Part shown: one piece after another, positions 63,943 to 64,000 of the stretch | Layout of the letters: every line of letters starts with the position of its first letter | How positions within the stretch are numbered: the first letter of the stretch is position 1 | Assembly: GCF_037042905.1 (NCBI RefSeq) | Contig: NC_087245.1 | Coordinates: 25,360,001-25,424,000, forward strand | From: Lytechinus pictus | Lineage: Eukaryota | DNA: 64,000 nucleotides | Reading direction: 5' to 3' | Position numbers and translations under genes: made by a program | Notes under the pieces: generated by a model | The model's input: only the letters and a program-made list of their open reading frames with translations | The model's database searches: none | Told to the model about the DNA's origin: nothing

Positions 63943-64000
63943 TAGGTCGCCTGACTGTACATTGAAAGTTTGGGGTTTGATCCCGGCCGCGGCACCTATG

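Overview
AT-rich, intron-containing animal genomic DNA. A marine invertebrate, plausibly a sea urchin, is my inference from the repeat landscape and is unverified. Three genes can be reconstructed by hand from splice sites. (1) The last six coding exons of supervillin (+, 296-10767; C-terminal gelsolin-like repeat plus villin headpiece). (2) A complete, frame-intact 7-exon cytochrome P450 of clan-4 type (+, 16460-29912, 506 aa) with non-canonical I-helix and heme-loop residues. (3) A 100-aa secreted neuropeptide precursor (-, 36485-36787) carrying a gastrin/CCK-like motif DYGWSIF followed by SRRS instead of the amidation signal GRRS. The rest is mostly non-autonomous mobile DNA: two ~4.5-kb foldback elements with very long TIRs (21626-26162, with 15x20-bp arrays; 48629-53225, Academ-like termini with six RFX X-boxes), a Helentron/HINE-like element, several MITEs (some nested), tRNA-derived SINEs, and decayed L2 and CR1 LINEs. 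There are no prokaryotic features and no CRISPR array. Most short ORFs in the supplied track are spurious. All homology statements come from recalled family motifs, not database searches.
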